Assembly: GCA_963828735.1 (NCBI GenBank)
Contig: CAWHFW010000005.1
Coordinates: 1,472,001 to 1,536,000, forward strand
Direction: 5' to 3'
Source of the DNA: an uncultured Gemmatimonadales bacterium
Lineage (GTDB): Bacteria > Gemmatimonadota > Gemmatimonadetes > Gemmatimonadales > GWC2-71-9
Length of the DNA stretch: 64,000 nucleotides
The position numbers and the translations under genes were made by a program. A model generated the notes under the pieces. That model had not been told where the DNA came from. It did no database searches and saw only the letters and a program-made list of their open reading frames with translations. Of this stretch, positions 46,212-56,985 are shown one piece after another; positions within the stretch are counted from its first letter, which is position 1; each line of letters opens with the position of its first letter.

Positions 46212-47104
46212 CCCTGGAAGGGGCGACCGAGGATCAGCTCGAGCAGGCGGGCGAGATCGTCGTTCGAGTAGTAGCTCAGGGTCAGGAACCCTCGGCCCCG
46301 GCGGCGGGTCGTGACCCGCACGTCCGTGCCGAGGTGCTTGCGAAGCGCGTCCTCGACTCGCTTGGCGTCGGCCGTCGAGGTTCGGGCCGCGGGGCGCGCC
46401 CGGCGGGGTGGGGTCGCCGTGGCGTTCGACGACGCGGGGAGGTCGCCGCGCACGCGCGCTTCCATCTCGCGGACCGACCAACCTTCCTCGGCGGCTTGGC
46501 GGGCGAGCGCCACCATCGCCTCCGGCTCGGCGAGCGCGAGGAGCGCGCGCGCGTGGCCCTCGGACAGCTTCCGTGCATGTACCAACGACTGCACCTCCGC
46601 CGGGAGCTGTAGCAGCCGGAGCAGATTGGCGATCGTCGCACGATTACGTCCGACCAGCCGGGCGATCTCGGTGTGCGGCAGTGCGAATTCAGCTGCCAGC
46701 CGTTGGTAGCCGGCCGCCTCATCGATCGGCGAGAGATCGTCCCGCTGGAGGTTTTCGATCAGGGCGAGCGTCAACAGGGTCTGGTCGTCCACGTCCTTGA
46801 CGACGGCGGGAATCTTGGTCCAACCGAGGCGGGACGCCGCCCGCCAACGGCGCTCGCCCGCGATCAGCTCGAAGCCACCGCCCTGCGGACGCACGACGAC
46901 CGGCTGCAAGAGGCCGGAGACCTGCATCGACGCGACGAGCTCGTCCAACGGACCTTCGTCCATCCGGGTGCGGGGCTGATACGGATTGGGCTTGACGCTC
47001 GCCATCGGAAGCTCGCGCAGCGCACCCGACGCCTCCGCCTGTTCGCGTGACACCGGCCCGAGCAGGGCTTCGAGCCCGCGACCCAGCCGCTTCGTCTCGC
47101 TCAT
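46208..47104 (-). CDS. parB: Chromosome partitioning protein ParB
   Basis: LGRGL.ALL, PNPYQPR, LIAGERRWRA and ENLQR.DL. Confidence 0.95.
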   Translation of the reverse strand: MSETKRLGRGLEALLGPVSREQAEASGALRELPMASVKPNPYQPRTRMDEGPLDELVASMQVSGLLQPVVVRPQGGGFELIAGERRWRAASRLGWTKIPAVVKDVDDQTLLTLALIENLQRDDLSPIDEAAGYQRLAAEFALPHTEIARLVGRNRATIANLLRLLQLPAEVQSLVHARKLSEGHARALLALAEPEAMVALARQAAEEGWSVREMEARVRGDLPASSNATATPPRRARPAARTSTADAKRVEDALRKHLGTDVRVTTRRRGRGFLTLSYYSNDDLARLLELILGRPFQG

Positions 47105-47916
47105 GTCGTCACCTCCGGGAGGGGCGCCGAGATCTCGCTGGCGGGCAGATTCTCCACCCGCCGCATCAGCTCCTGCGCCACGGAGAGATAGCTCTTGGCG
47201 CCGACCGACTGCACGTCGTAGAGCAGGATCGGCTTGCCGAAGCTCGGCGCCTCCGCGAGGCGGACGTTCCGTGGAATCGGGGTCACGAACATCTTCGCGC
47301 CGAAGTACTCCTTGGCGTCTTCGGCGACCTGGCGGCAGAGGTTGAGACGCGCGTCGTACATCGTGAGCAGTACGCCGCTGATCGCGAGCCCGGGATTGAA
47401 GTTCTGCTGCACCAGGCGAACCGTGTTGAGCAGCTGGGAGATGCCCTCGAGGCCGTAGTACTCGCATTGAATCGGAATGAGCACCGTGTTGGCGGCGGCG
47501 AGTACGTTGAGGGTGAGGAGTCCAAGCGAGGGTGGGCAGTCGACGACGACGTAGTCATAGTCGGCCTGCAGGCTTTCCAGGACCGATCGTAGGGCCGCCT
47601 CCCGATGACTGCGATCCACCAGCTGCAGTTCGGCACCCACCAGATCCTGCGTCGCCGGCAGGACCTCGAGGTGGGGAAGACCGGGTCCGGGAAGGATGAC
47701 CTCGCGCGGCGACCGGCCTTCCACCAGCGAGTCATAGAGGGAGAGCTGGAGCTCGTGCTTGGCGATGCCGACCCCGCTGGTAGCGTTGCCCTGGGGGTCC
47801 GCATCGACGAGGAGCGTCCGACGCTCCGCGATGGCGAGCGAGGCTGCCAGATTGACGGCCGTCGTGGTTTTCCCGACGCCGCCCTTCTGATTGGCGATAG
47901 CGACGATATGGGCCAT
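47101..47916 (-). CDS. parA: Chromosome partitioning ATPase ParA/Soj
   Basis: NQKGGVGKTT, D.DPQGNAT, DCPPSLG and LAEAPSFG. Confidence 0.96.
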   Translation of the reverse strand: MAHIVAIANQKGGVGKTTTAVNLAASLAIAERRTLLVDADPQGNATSGVGIAKHELQLSLYDSLVEGRSPREVILPGPGLPHLEVLPATQDLVGAELQLVDRSHREAALRSVLESLQADYDYVVVDCPPSLGLLTLNVLAAANTVLIPIQCEYYGLEGISQLLNTVRLVQQNFNPGLAISGVLLTMYDARLNLCRQVAEDAKEYFGAKMFVTPIPRNVRLAEAPSFGKPILLYDVQSVGAKSYLSVAQELMRRVENLPASEISAPLPEVTT

Positions 47917-48053
47917 GAAGGGCTGCTGACCTATAAGATGCTGTTGATAAACGACTTACACGATTTGGCGAGTTGGCTGCCAGGTGGGGGATTCACGATC
48001 GGCGCCAACGGTGACAATATAGGACGGCAGCGGTCAGATGCCAACGCCGGGAG

Positions 48054-48069
48054 CGTTTCACGTGAAACA
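48054..48069. promoter_or_regulatory. parS: parS centromere site 1
   Basis: CGTTTCACGTGAAACA matches the TGTTTCACGTGAAACA consensus at 15 of 16 positions. Confidence 0.92.
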
Positions 48070-48100
48070 AAGCGCCTCAGGGAGGCGCCGGTTTGCCTCT

Positions 48101-48116
48101 CGTTTCACGTGAAACC
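48101..48116. promoter_or_regulatory. parS: parS centromere site 2
   Basis: CGTTTCACGTGAAACC has a perfect 14-bp palindromic core. Confidence 0.9.
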
Positions 48117-48123
48117 GGTGGTA

Positions 48124-49983
48124 CTACCCGACTCGGCGCCTCATGACCTCCATGACGAGTGATTGCAGATCGCTCGGAGAGACTCCCGGAATCCTGCCCG
48201 CCTGGCCGAGACTCGTGGGGCGAGCTGCGTTCAGTTTCTCACGAGCCTCGAAAGACAAAGTTCCCAGCGCGTGATAATCGATGCCAGCGGGCAGCACGAA
48301 TCCGTCCAGTTGGGCGAGGCGCCCGGCGGCCGCACGCTCGCGGGACAGATATCCGGCGTACTTGAGCTCGATGTCGGCCCACTCGAAATCGCCATGCTCC
48401 ACTGACTCTCCGGTGGCTCCCAGCAGTGCCGCGATCGGAACACCTGGTCGTCGCGCGAGCAGGGCGACGCGGTGCGGCTCCTGAATCGCCGATGTGTCGG
48501 CATCGAGGAGAATCGGGTTGGCCACATCCGGCGTGATGACCGCACTCTCGGCACGAGCGAGGACGTCTTCCTCCCGGCGGAGCCGACGCTCCGCCGCCCT
48601 TCGCTCGTCATCGGACAACAGTCCGCGTCCCGTCGCAACAGGCAGTAGGCGTCGCAGCGCATTGTCTTGTCGGAGCAGGAGACGGAACTCGGAGCGCGAC
48701 GTGAACAGCCGATAAGGCTCGTCGACACCCCGGGTCACCAGATCGTCTACCAGCACGCCCAGGAATGCTGTGTCGCGCTGCAAGACCACTGGCTCGCGGT
48801 CGAGCGCAAACGCCGAGGCATTGATTCCGGCAATGGCGCCTTGGCCTGCGGCCTCCTCATACCCCGTCGTTCCGTTGACTTGGCCAGCGAGAAAGAGACC
48901 CGGTACCACCCGCGCTTCGAGTGTCGGAAGCAGCTGGGTGGGAGGGAAATAGTCGTACTCGATTGCATAGCCTGGCCGAGTCATTCGGACGTTTTCGAGG
49001 CCAGGAATGGTACGCAAGAATTCAAGTTGAATTGCTGGCGGCAACGAGGTCGAGAGCCCGTTCACGTACATCTCGTTCGTGTCCAGCCCCTCAGGCTCCA
49101 GGAAGACCTGGTGGCCGGCAGCGTGAGGGAACTTGACGATCTTGTCCTCGATGGACGGACAGTACCGCGGGCCGCGGCCGCTGATGGCGCCGCCATACAA
49201 CGCCGACTGCTTCAGGTGACGGACGATGATGTCCCGGAGCTCATCACCTGATTTCGTCAGGTAGCACGGGAGTTGAGCAGGGTGTACCAGGCGCGCATGG
49301 AAGGAGAACCAGAAAGGAGCCGACTCCCCATCCTGTCGGTCGAGCCGGCCCAGATCGACCGATCGACCGTCGATGCGTGGAGGGGTTCCTGTCTTGAAAC
49401 GAGACGACGTAATTCCAAGCGTTTCAATGGCTTGCGCGATTTCGAGCGCCGGAGCTTCGCCGGCCCTTCCGGCCGGAACCTGAGTCTCCAAGCCCATGTG
49501 GATCTGTCCCCGCAGGAATGTGCCGGCCGTCAGGACGATTGACCTGCAGTCGTACCGACGCCCATCCTGCGTGACCACACCGCCGATCGAGCCCCGGTCC
49601 ACGATCAACCGGGTGACCGTGCCTTGAGCAAGCTCGAGTTCGGGGAAACGTTCCAGTTCGGTACGCATGGCCCTGCGATACAGTCCCCGATCACACTGCG
49701 CCCGCGGCGACCACACAGCCGGGCCTTTCGACCGATTGAGCATGCGAAATTGGATCCGCGCCCGATCGGTGGCCCGTCCCATCACGCCGCCGAGTGCATC
49801 GACCTCACGCACCACGGTGCCCTTCGCAATCCCGCCGATGGCGGGATTGCACGACATCTGTCCGATGGTCTCGAGATTCTGGGTCAGCAGGAGAGTGCGG
49901 GCACCGGTGCGCGAGGAAAGCGCGGCCGCTTCCGAACCGGCGTGCCCTCCCCCAATGACGATCACGTCGTATCGCTGCTTCAT
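48124..49983 (-). CDS. mnmG: tRNA uridine-5-carboxymethylaminomethyl synthesis enzyme MnmG (GidA)
   Basis: [41 protein letters not shown] and EPYRLFTSR. Confidence 0.97.
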   Translation of the reverse strand: MKQRYDVIVIGGGHAGSEAAALSSRTGARTLLLTQNLETIGQMSCNPAIGGIAKGTVVREVDALGGVMGRATDRARIQFRMLNRSKGPAVWSPRAQCDRGLYRRAMRTELERFPELELAQGTVTRLIVDRGSIGGVVTQDGRRYDCRSIVLTAGTFLRGQIHMGLETQVPAGRAGEAPALEIAQAIETLGITSSRFKTGTPPRIDGRSVDLGRLDRQDGESAPFWFSFHARLVHPAQLPCYLTKSGDELRDIIVRHLKQSALYGGAISGRGPRYCPSIEDKIVKFPHAAGHQVFLEPEGLDTNEMYVNGLSTSLPPAIQLEFLRTIPGLENVRMTRPGYAIEYDYFPPTQLLPTLEARVVPGLFLAGQVNGTTGYEEAAGQGAIAGINASAFALDREPVVLQRDTAFLGVLVDDLVTRGVDEPYRLFTSRSEFRLLLRQDNALRRLLPVATGRGLLSDDERRAAERRLRREEDVLARAESAVITPDVANPILLDADTSAIQEPHRVALLARRPGVPIAALLGATGESVEHGDFEWADIELKYAGYLSRERAAAGRLAQLDGFVLPAGIDYHALGTLSFEAREKLNAARPTSLGQAGRIPGVSPSDLQSLVMEVMRRRVG

Positions 49984-50049
49984 CGGGAAACCTCTGGCAC
50001 GCCCAGGGACACGATCCTATCCTAGCACCGTCAAGCCCCGTTCGGTCAT

Positions 50050-50268
50050 ATGCCCTATCGGATGAAGATCGACCGCGGCCTGTGTACGGGCTACGCCGAG
50101 CGCGCCGGACTAGCGCCGAAGGTCTTCCGGCTCGGCGACGACAACGCCTCGGTCGTCGTGGATCCGGAGGGAAGTGACGACGAGGCGATTCTCGACGCGG
50201 CCCGTGCGTGCCCAGTGGATGCGATCACGCTCGTCGACGAGTTCGAAGAGGTGGTGTGGCCCCAGTAG
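50050..50268 (+). CDS. Single-cluster ferredoxin-like protein missing one Cys ligand
   Basis: IDR.LCTGYAER..LAP.VF ... AARACPVDAI; the expected second Cys is Arg. Confidence 0.65.
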   Translation: MPYRMKIDRGLCTGYAERAGLAPKVFRLGDDNASVVVDPEGSDDEAILDAARACPVDAITLVDEFEEVVWPQ

Positions 50269-50295
50269 TGGTCCGTTGTTTCGAACGCGCGCTTC

Positions 50296-50580
50296 TCAAC
50301 GAACCGCGTCAACGAGACGATGGATGCGCGCCACCTCGGCCGTCGGGATCAGGAGATCCCGGTGTTCGGGGCGGATACCGAACCTGTCGCACCGTCGCAG
50401 GAACTCCTCTTTCGATACTGCTTCGCCACCGGCATCGTGCACACCGACATCGTGCATGTGAACACCGCGCTCATCCTGGCTGTCGAAGCGTCCCACATAT
50501 GTCCTGGCGCCGTGCGTTTCGATGACGACCGTGATGCCATGCAGATCCTGATGGCCTGGATGAAAGACGTGGCCGGCCAC
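50296..50580 (-). CDS. His-rich hypothetical protein at the end of the suf operon
   Basis: GGAGGGGG RBS, GTG start, 12 nt downstream of brx; HVFHPGH.DLHG and YVGRFD. Confidence 0.7.
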   Translation of the reverse strand: MAGHVFHPGHQDLHGITVVIETHGARTYVGRFDSQDERGVHMHDVGVHDAGGEAVSKEEFLRRCDRFGIRPEHRDLLIPTAEVARIHRLVDAVR

Positions 50581-50592
50581 GGTCCCCCTCCT

Positions 50593-51021
50593 TCAGACGG
50601 TCGCGCCGAAATGCCGATCGAAGGCGGCGGTCAAATCCGCGGCAATCGATTGAGGCGAGCGGCCTTCGATCTGATGCCGGTGCACGAAGTGCACGACTTC
50701 CCCGTCCTTGAGCAGAGCCACCGACGGACTGCTCGGCTGGTAGTCGGCGAAGTACTGGCGAGCCCGCGATGTCGCCTCCAGGTCCTGCCCCGCGAAGACC
50801 GTGACGATGCTCTGGGGCTTCACCCCGTGCTGGAGTGCCAGGCGAAGCGCTGGCCGCGCGTTCCCCGCAGCGCATCCGCAGACGGAGTTGACGAAGAGGA
50901 GCATGGTCCCGCGTTGGTCGCCGAGCGCGGTGTCGACGTCGGCTGCGGTGGTGAGCTCCCGGACCCCCATGCTGGTCATTTCCTGCCGCATCGGCGCCAC
51001 GAGGGCGGGGTTGTAAGGCAT
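50593..51021 (-). CDS. BrxA/BrxB family bacilliredoxin
   Basis: NSVCGCAAG.ARP, TVFAGQD.EAT, PSSPS.AL.KDG and RHQIEG. Confidence 0.92.
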   Translation of the reverse strand: MPYNPALVAPMRQEMTSMGVRELTTAADVDTALGDQRGTMLLFVNSVCGCAAGNARPALRLALQHGVKPQSIVTVFAGQDLEATSRARQYFADYQPSSPSVALLKDGEVVHFVHRHQIEGRSPQSIAADLTAAFDRHFGATV

Positions 51022-51026
51022 TCCCT

Positions 51027-51509
51027 TCACTCCTGAGATGGGTTGGTATCGCTGTGGCCGACAACGGCGTCGCCCGAGTTCGGGGCCGTTCCGAGTGCCG
51101 ATCGGAGCGTATGCCAGGCCAGGCTGGCACACTTCACTCGAACTGGAAACGCCGACACTCCGGAGAACACGGCCAGCTTGCCTAGGGTTTCCGCCTCGCC
51201 GGTGGGCAGCGTTCCGGTCACGAGCTGGTGAAACCGCGCGAACATCGCAGCGGCTTCCGCGCGGGTCTTTCCCTTGACTGCCCCCGTCATCAGCGACGCC
51301 GACGCGCGGGAAATGGCGCATCCGGCTCCCTGAAAGCTCACGTCGCCGATGACATCGCCGTCCATCCTGACCCACACCGTCACTTGGTCGCCACACAGAG
51401 GATTGTTGCCCTCGGCCTGGCCGCTCGCGTCGGCCAGGACCCGGTAGTTGCGAGGCGACCGATTGTGCTCGAGGATGACATTCTGGTACAGCTCGCCCAG
51501 GCTGGCCAT
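51027..51509 (-). CDS. sufU: SufU (SUF-system NifU-like sulfur-transfer protein)
   Basis: LYQ.VILEH..PRN, NPLCGD, GCAIS.ASAS and RVKCA. Confidence 0.93.
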   Translation of the reverse strand: MASLGELYQNVILEHNRSPRNYRVLADASGQAEGNNPLCGDQVTVWVRMDGDVIGDVSFQGAGCAISRASASLMTGAVKGKTRAEAAAMFARFHQLVTGTLPTGEAETLGKLAVFSGVSAFPVRVKCASLAWHTLRSALGTAPNSGDAVVGHSDTNPSQE

Positions 51510-52747
51510 CAGGCGAACACCGTCCGCACCCGCCGCAGGCCACGCACGAGGGCGTCGATCTCGGCACGCGTGTTGTAGAAGGCGAATGACGCCCGGGCGG
51601 TGGCGGGAACACCGAAGTGCCGCATGACGGGCTGAGCGCAGTGGTGACCGGCTCGGATTGCAATGCCTTCATCGTCGAGCACGGCACCGACGTCATGCGG
51701 GTGTACACCGTCCACGACAAACGAGAGCACGGCGGCCTTTTCCCGCGCGGTCCCGATCAATTGCACACCGGGCACGTCCCGAACCCGTTCCGTTGCGTAT
51801 CCCAGGAGCTCCTCTTCCCAGGCGCTGATCGCGGCGTGACCCACGCTCTCGACATACTCCAGGGCCGCCCCCAGGCCGATCACCTCGGCGATCATCGGCG
51901 TGCCGGCCTCGAAGCGTGCCGGCGGGGCCGCGTAGGTGCTTCGCTCCAGCGTAACCGCCTCGATCATGTCGCCGCCGCCCTGCCAGGGCGGCATCGCCTC
52001 GAGGCGCTCGGCGCGGCCGTACAGGACGCCCACACCAGTGGGACCGAACACCTTGTGCCCGGAGAACGCGAAGAAGTCGCATCCCAGTGACTGGACGTCC
52101 ACCGGCAGGTGGGGCGCCGACTGCGCGCCGTCCACGACCGTAACGATGTCGCGTTCCCTGGCGCGCGACACCATCCAGCGAACCGGGTTGATCGTGCCGA
52201 GAGCGTTCGATACGTGGGTGACGGCGAGGAGGCGCGTCCGATCGGTGAGAAGTCGATCGAACCCCGTGAGGTCCAGCTCGCCGGCGTCGTTGAGCGGGAT
52301 GGCCCGGATCACCGCCCCTGTCTGGGCGGCCACCAAGTGCCAGGGAACGATATTGGAGTGGTGCTCCATGGCCGAGATGACGATCTCGTCCCCGGGACGG
52401 AGCGCACCGCGGGCCCAGCTCTGCGCGACGAGGTTGATGCCCTCGGTTGTGCCGCGGGTGAAGACGATCTCGGTCGGCGATGCGGCGTTGACGAAGCGCG
52501 CCACCCGCTCACGCACCGCATCGTACGCCACGGTGGCGCGCTCGCTCAGGTAGTGCACCCCGCGATGGATATTGGCGTTCTCGGCCGCGTAGAATCGCGA
52601 CACCGCATCGATCACGCGCCGTGGCTTCTGGCTCGTGGCCGCGTTGTCCAGGTAAACGAGCGGCTTGCCGCGCACCTGCTGCGAGAGGATCGGGAAGTCC
52701 TGGCGCAGCCGCTCGACGTCGAGCGCGAGGGGGGCGGTGGCGGTCAT
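51509..52747 (-). CDS. sufS: Cysteine desulfurase SufS
   Basis: YLDNAATSQKP, EHHSN, SGHK and RAGHHCA. Confidence 0.96.
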   Translation of the reverse strand: MTATAPLALDVERLRQDFPILSQQVRGKPLVYLDNAATSQKPRRVIDAVSRFYAAENANIHRGVHYLSERATVAYDAVRERVARFVNAASPTEIVFTRGTTEGINLVAQSWARGALRPGDEIVISAMEHHSNIVPWHLVAAQTGAVIRAIPLNDAGELDLTGFDRLLTDRTRLLAVTHVSNALGTINPVRWMVSRARERDIVTVVDGAQSAPHLPVDVQSLGCDFFAFSGHKVFGPTGVGVLYGRAERLEAMPPWQGGGDMIEAVTLERSTYAAPPARFEAGTPMIAEVIGLGAALEYVESVGHAAISAWEEELLGYATERVRDVPGVQLIGTAREKAAVLSFVVDGVHPHDVGAVLDDEGIAIRAGHHCAQPVMRHFGVPATARASFAFYNTRAEIDALVRGLRRVRTVFA

Positions 52748-52754
52748 CAGAAGG

Positions 52755-54062
52755 TCACAGCCCCTCGAGCCGCGCCAGCACCAGCCGGTCCAGCTCCTCA
52801 CGCACCGGCGTGAGCGCGACCTCGTCCACCACCTCGGCGGCGAACGCGTAGGTGAGCAGGCGATCGGCGGCCGCCGCCGGAAGGCCGCGACTTCTCGCGT
52901 AGAACCGGGCAATCTCATCCAGCCGGCCCACGGTCGCGCCGTGCGTGCACTTCACATCGTCCGCGAAGATCTCAAGCTGCGGCTTGGTGTCCACGCGTGC
53001 GGAGTCGCTCAGCAGCAGGTTGCGGTTGGTCTGCTTGGCGTCGGTCTTCTGAGCCTCGGGCTTCACGAACACCTTCCCGTTGAACACCGCCCGGGAGCGC
53101 CCGTCCAGGATACCCTTGTAGACCTCCCAGCTTCGGCAATTGGGCTGGTCGTGGTAGATCGCCGTGTGGTTGTCGGCCACCTGCTCGCCCCGGGTCAGGT
53201 AGAGTCCATACATCAACGTCTCGATGTTCTCGTCGTTGAGGCGGACGTGCAGGTTGTGACGGGCCAGCGCGCCACCCATCGTCAGGGAGAACGAGCGATA
53301 GTGGCTGTCGCGCTCCTGGTCCACGTGGGTGAGCCCGACATGATAGGCACGCTCGCTCTCCCGCTGGATGCGAGTATGCTCTACCCATGCGCCCGCGGCC
53401 ACGGCCACTTCGGTCACCGGATTGGTCCAGTAGGTCTGACCCGGCGCGAGGGTGACGTAGCTCTCCACGATCGACGCCCGGGCGCCGCGCCCCACCACGA
53501 TCAGGTTGCGCGGGTGCGCCACCGTGCCGCCCGACTCCGATGTGGTGACGAACAACAGGTGGACGGGGGCATCCACGTCGACCCCGGCCGCGATCTGCAC
53601 CATCGCCCCGTCGCAGAGGAACGCGGTGTTGAGGGCGGTGAACGGTGAGCCCTCGACCGGCGCGTGCCGGGTCAGGTGGCTCTCGAGCAGCGCGCCGTCC
53701 GATCGCAATGCCTCGGCAAGTCCGGTCACCCGCACGCCGGGCGGCAGTTGGCCCACGGAGCTCAGACTCTCGGCGTAGACCCCATTCACGAAGACGAGCG
53801 TGGGCCACTCGCTGTGCCCGAAGGCGAAGGGCGCGAGCTGATCTCTGCCGACGAGGCCCGCTCCCCCGGTGGGCGGCCGCCAGGTTCCCTGCGCAATGGG
53901 CGCGATGGGCGTGAAGCGCCATTCCTCATCCCGCGCCGCTGGAAATCCGGTCCGTGCGAACCGCTCCATGGCGGCGCGCCGGATCGGCTCCAGCCAGTCA
54001 GGGCCGTCCGCGGTTGCGGTTCCAGATCGAGCCTCGAACTCCTGCACGAACGCTTCTGTCAT
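52755..54062 (-). CDS. sufD: Fe-S cluster assembly protein SufD
   Basis: E.WRFT, FNGKV.V...AQKTDA.Q and [19 protein letters not shown]. Confidence 0.95.
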   Translation of the reverse strand: MTEAFVQEFEARSGTATADGPDWLEPIRRAAMERFARTGFPAARDEEWRFTPIAPIAQGTWRPPTGGAGLVGRDQLAPFAFGHSEWPTLVFVNGVYAESLSSVGQLPPGVRVTGLAEALRSDGALLESHLTRHAPVEGSPFTALNTAFLCDGAMVQIAAGVDVDAPVHLLFVTTSESGGTVAHPRNLIVVGRGARASIVESYVTLAPGQTYWTNPVTEVAVAAGAWVEHTRIQRESERAYHVGLTHVDQERDSHYRSFSLTMGGALARHNLHVRLNDENIETLMYGLYLTRGEQVADNHTAIYHDQPNCRSWEVYKGILDGRSRAVFNGKVFVKPEAQKTDAKQTNRNLLLSDSARVDTKPQLEIFADDVKCTHGATVGRLDEIARFYARSRGLPAAAADRLLTYAFAAEVVDEVALTPVREELDRLVLARLEGL

Positions 54063-54826
54063 GACCCGGCCCCGACCGCATCCTCCAGCCACTCGTATCC
54101 ACGGGCCTCGAGCTCCAGCGCCAGCTCCTTGCCGCCGGACTTCACGATCCTTCCGGCCGAGAGCACGTGCACGAAGTCGGGGATGATGTAGTTGAGCAGC
54201 CGCTGGTAGTGCGTGACGACGACGATGGCGTTGTCCGGCCGGCGCAGCTTGTTGACGCCGGCCGCTACGATCCGCAGCGCGTCGATGTCGAGGCCCGAGT
54301 CCGTCTCGTCCAGGATGGCCAGCGTGGGCTCGAGGACCGCCATCTGGAGGATCTCGTTTCGCTTCTTCTCGCCACCGGAGAAGCCGGAGTTGACCGCCCG
54401 GCTCATGATTTCCGGCTCCCACTCCACCAGCTTGAGCTTTTCCTCCAGCAGATCGAGAAAGTCCATGGAATCGACTTCCTCGAGGCCATTCGCCTTGCGG
54501 ATTTCGTTGTAGGCCGCGCGGAGGAAATAGGCGTTGCTCACGCCCGGGATTTCGACCGGATACTGGAAGGCGAGAAACAGACCCGCCTGAGCGCGTTCCT
54601 CGGGCTCGAGATCCAGGAGATCCTGCCCGCGATAGCGGATCGAGCCGCCGGTGACCTCATAGGCCGGGTGGCCTGCCAGCACCTGCGCCAGCGTGCTCTT
54701 TCCGGAGCCGTTGGGGCCCATGACGGCATGCACCTCGCCGGCATTCACTGTGAGGTCGATGCCCTTGAGGATCTCCTTCTCGCCAGCGCTCGCGTGCAAG
54801 TCTCTGATTTCCAGCACCGTATTCAT
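54059..54826 (-). CDS. sufC: Fe-S cluster assembly ATPase SufC
   Basis: [29 protein letters not shown] and DETDSGLD. Confidence 0.97.
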   Translation of the reverse strand: MNTVLEIRDLHASAGEKEILKGIDLTVNAGEVHAVMGPNGSGKSTLAQVLAGHPAYEVTGGSIRYRGQDLLDLEPEERAQAGLFLAFQYPVEIPGVSNAYFLRAAYNEIRKANGLEEVDSMDFLDLLEEKLKLVEWEPEIMSRAVNSGFSGGEKKRNEILQMAVLEPTLAILDETDSGLDIDALRIVAAGVNKLRRPDNAIVVVTHYQRLLNYIIPDFVHVLSAGRIVKSGGKELALELEARGYEWLEDAVGAGS

Positions 54827-54835
54827 CTCCCTTGA

Positions 54836-56275
54836 TTAGCCGACGCTGCCTTCGAGGCTGATGCCGAGCAGCTTCTGCGCTTCGACCGCGAACTCCATCG
54901 GCAGCTCCTTGAACACTTCCTTGCAGAAGCCGTTCACGATCATCGAGATGGCGTTCTCGGTGTTCAGCCCGCGCTGCTTGAGGTAGAAGATCTGGTCCTC
55001 GCCGATCTTCGAAGTCGAGGCTTCGTGCTCGGTGGACGAGGACGAGTTCTGCACGTCGATGTACGGGAAGGTGTGCGCCCCGCAACGATTCCCGATGAGC
55101 ATCGAGTCGCACTGGGTGTAGTTCCGTGCGCCTTCGGCTTTCGGCAGCACCTTCACCAGGCCGCGATAGCTGTTCTGCCCGCGGCCCGAGGAGATACCCT
55201 TCGAGACGATCGTGCTCCGGGTGTTCTTGCCCGTGTGGATCATCTTGGTGCCCGTGTCCGCCTGCTGCCGGCCGTTCACGACGGCCACCGAATAGAACTC
55301 ACCCACCGAGTTGTCGCCCTGGAGAATGACGCTGGGGTATTTCCAGGTGATCGCCGAACCGGTCTCCACCTGGGTCCAGCTGATCTTGGCATTGGCGCCG
55401 GCGCACTTTCCGCGCTTCGTGACGAAGTTGTAGATGCCGCCCCGTCCCTCTTCATCGCCGGCATACCAGTTCTGCACCGTCGAGTACTTGATCGAGGCTC
55501 CCTGGAGCGCCACGAGCTCCACCACGGCGGCATGCAGCTGGTTCTCGTCGCGCTTGGGTGCGGTGCATCCCTCGAGGTAACTCACCGAGGCGCCCTCGTC
55601 GGCGATGATGAGCGTCCGCTCGAACTGTCCCGTCTGCGCCGAGTTGATGCGGAAGTACGTGGACAGGTCCATCGGGCACTTGATGCCCTTGGGCACATAC
55701 ACGAAAGACCCGTCACTGAACACCGCGGCGTTGAGGGCCGCGAAGAAGTTGTCGCTGGCCGGGACCACCGATCCGAGATATTGCCGCACGAGATCGGGGT
55801 GCTCGCGCACGGCCTCGCCGAAGGAGCAAAAGATGATTCCCTGCTCGGCCAGCTTGGCCTTGTACGTCGTTCCGACGGAGACGCTGTCGAAAATGGCGTC
55901 CACCGCGACCCCCGCCAGGAGCTTCTGCTCACTGAGCGGGATGCCCAGCTTCGTATAAGTCTCCAGCAGCTTGGGATCCACCTCGTCGAGGCTCCCGAGC
56001 GGCTTCTGTGTCCGGGGCGCCGAGTAGTAGCTGATGGCCTGATAGTCGACCGGCGTATAGCTGATGTTGGGCCAGTTGTGGGGCTCCGTCATCTTCTGCC
56101 AGCCGCGAAAGGCCTTGAGCCGCCACTCGAGCAGCCACTCGGGCTCCTGCTTCTTGCCGGAGATGAGCCGGACGATGTCCTCGCTCAGCCCCTTGGGTGC
56201 GACATCCGAGTCGATGTCGGTGACGAAGCCGTATTTATAGGCCTTGGTGACCAGGCTCTCGACGGACGAGCTCAT
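54836..56275 (-). CDS. sufB: Fe-S cluster assembly protein SufB
   Basis: [25 protein letters not shown] and HEASTSKI. Confidence 0.97.
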   Translation of the reverse strand: MSSSVESLVTKAYKYGFVTDIDSDVAPKGLSEDIVRLISGKKQEPEWLLEWRLKAFRGWQKMTEPHNWPNISYTPVDYQAISYYSAPRTQKPLGSLDEVDPKLLETYTKLGIPLSEQKLLAGVAVDAIFDSVSVGTTYKAKLAEQGIIFCSFGEAVREHPDLVRQYLGSVVPASDNFFAALNAAVFSDGSFVYVPKGIKCPMDLSTYFRINSAQTGQFERTLIIADEGASVSYLEGCTAPKRDENQLHAAVVELVALQGASIKYSTVQNWYAGDEEGRGGIYNFVTKRGKCAGANAKISWTQVETGSAITWKYPSVILQGDNSVGEFYSVAVVNGRQQADTGTKMIHTGKNTRSTIVSKGISSGRGQNSYRGLVKVLPKAEGARNYTQCDSMLIGNRCGAHTFPYIDVQNSSSSTEHEASTSKIGEDQIFYLKQRGLNTENAISMIVNGFCKEVFKELPMEFAVEAQKLLGISLEGSVG

Positions 56276-56949
56276 GAGTTCTCCTCAGCGGGCTTGAGCC
56301 GCACGTGGTACTCGCAGGCGCTGCACCCGGTCAGCATGTGCGCTCGGCGATCCACCCTTGCTCCGAGCACGTCGGCCACAAACCGCGCTTCCGCCGCGCA
56401 GATCTCCGGAAAACGCTCCGCCACGGCGGGAATGGCGCAGTTGTGTTCCGTCAACGTGCCCTCGGCCGCACCTACGCTCACCTCGGCCATGTAGCCTTCT
56501 TCCGAAAGCACGCGCCCGAGGGCCTGGAGCCGCTCGGCGAGGGAAGATCCGGCCAGCTCCGTGTTCAACCGATGGGCGAGCTCGGCGAAGTGGGATTCGA
56601 GCATCTCCACCGCGGCCGCTCGGCCGTCGCGCTCCACCATTCGGTCCAGCAAGGCAGTGAGCGTCTCCTCGTACCGCCGCGGGAAGAGGCCCTCGCCCGC
56701 CGGCGTGAGTCGATAGGCGAAGGCCGGCGCGCCGATTGACCGATGCACACGGTCGTAGGCTGCCAGCCCGTCGGCCTCGAGCTCCTTCAGGTGATGTCGT
56801 GCCGCGTTCAACGACACTCCAAGCCGTTCGGCGATCTCCTTGGCCGACAGCTGCCCAGCTCGCTTGAGCTGGACCAGGACGGCACTCCGCTGGCCCTTTT
56901 GGCCGGACGGTGCCGCAGATTTGGGTGCGATGGGGAGGGCGGTACCCAT
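56272..56949 (-). CDS. sufR: SufR-like HTH transcriptional regulator
   Basis: N-terminal HTH (RHHLKELE..G), FP.RY and Cys ligands HNC, EIC..E, CSAC; first gene of the suf operon. Confidence 0.85.
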   Translation of the reverse strand: MGTALPIAPKSAAPSGQKGQRSAVLVQLKRAGQLSAKEIAERLGVSLNAARHHLKELEADGLAAYDRVHRSIGAPAFAYRLTPAGEGLFPRRYEETLTALLDRMVERDGRAAAVEMLESHFAELAHRLNTELAGSSLAERLQALGRVLSEEGYMAEVSVGAAEGTLTEHNCAIPAVAERFPEICAAEARFVADVLGARVDRRAHMLTGCSACEYHVRLKPAEENS

Positions 56950-56956
56950 AGGCCGA

Positions 56957-56985
56957 ATGGTAAGTAAAACAGTCGGGATTGTCAA
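56957..56985 (-). promoter_or_regulatory. suf operon sigma70 promoter (likely leaderless sufR)
   Basis: Minus-strand TTGACA-N17-TACCAT followed by 7 nt and then ATG; near-palindrome ACAATCCCGACTGT overlaps the -35/spacer. Confidence 0.75.

Noticed and set aside
47967..47983. Minus-strand TGGCAGCCAACTCGC (GG-N10-GC) upstream of parA
   Set aside because: Weak match to the sigma54 consensus, and the 25-bp motif lies downstream of it; a sigma70-like TATATT is present further upstream.
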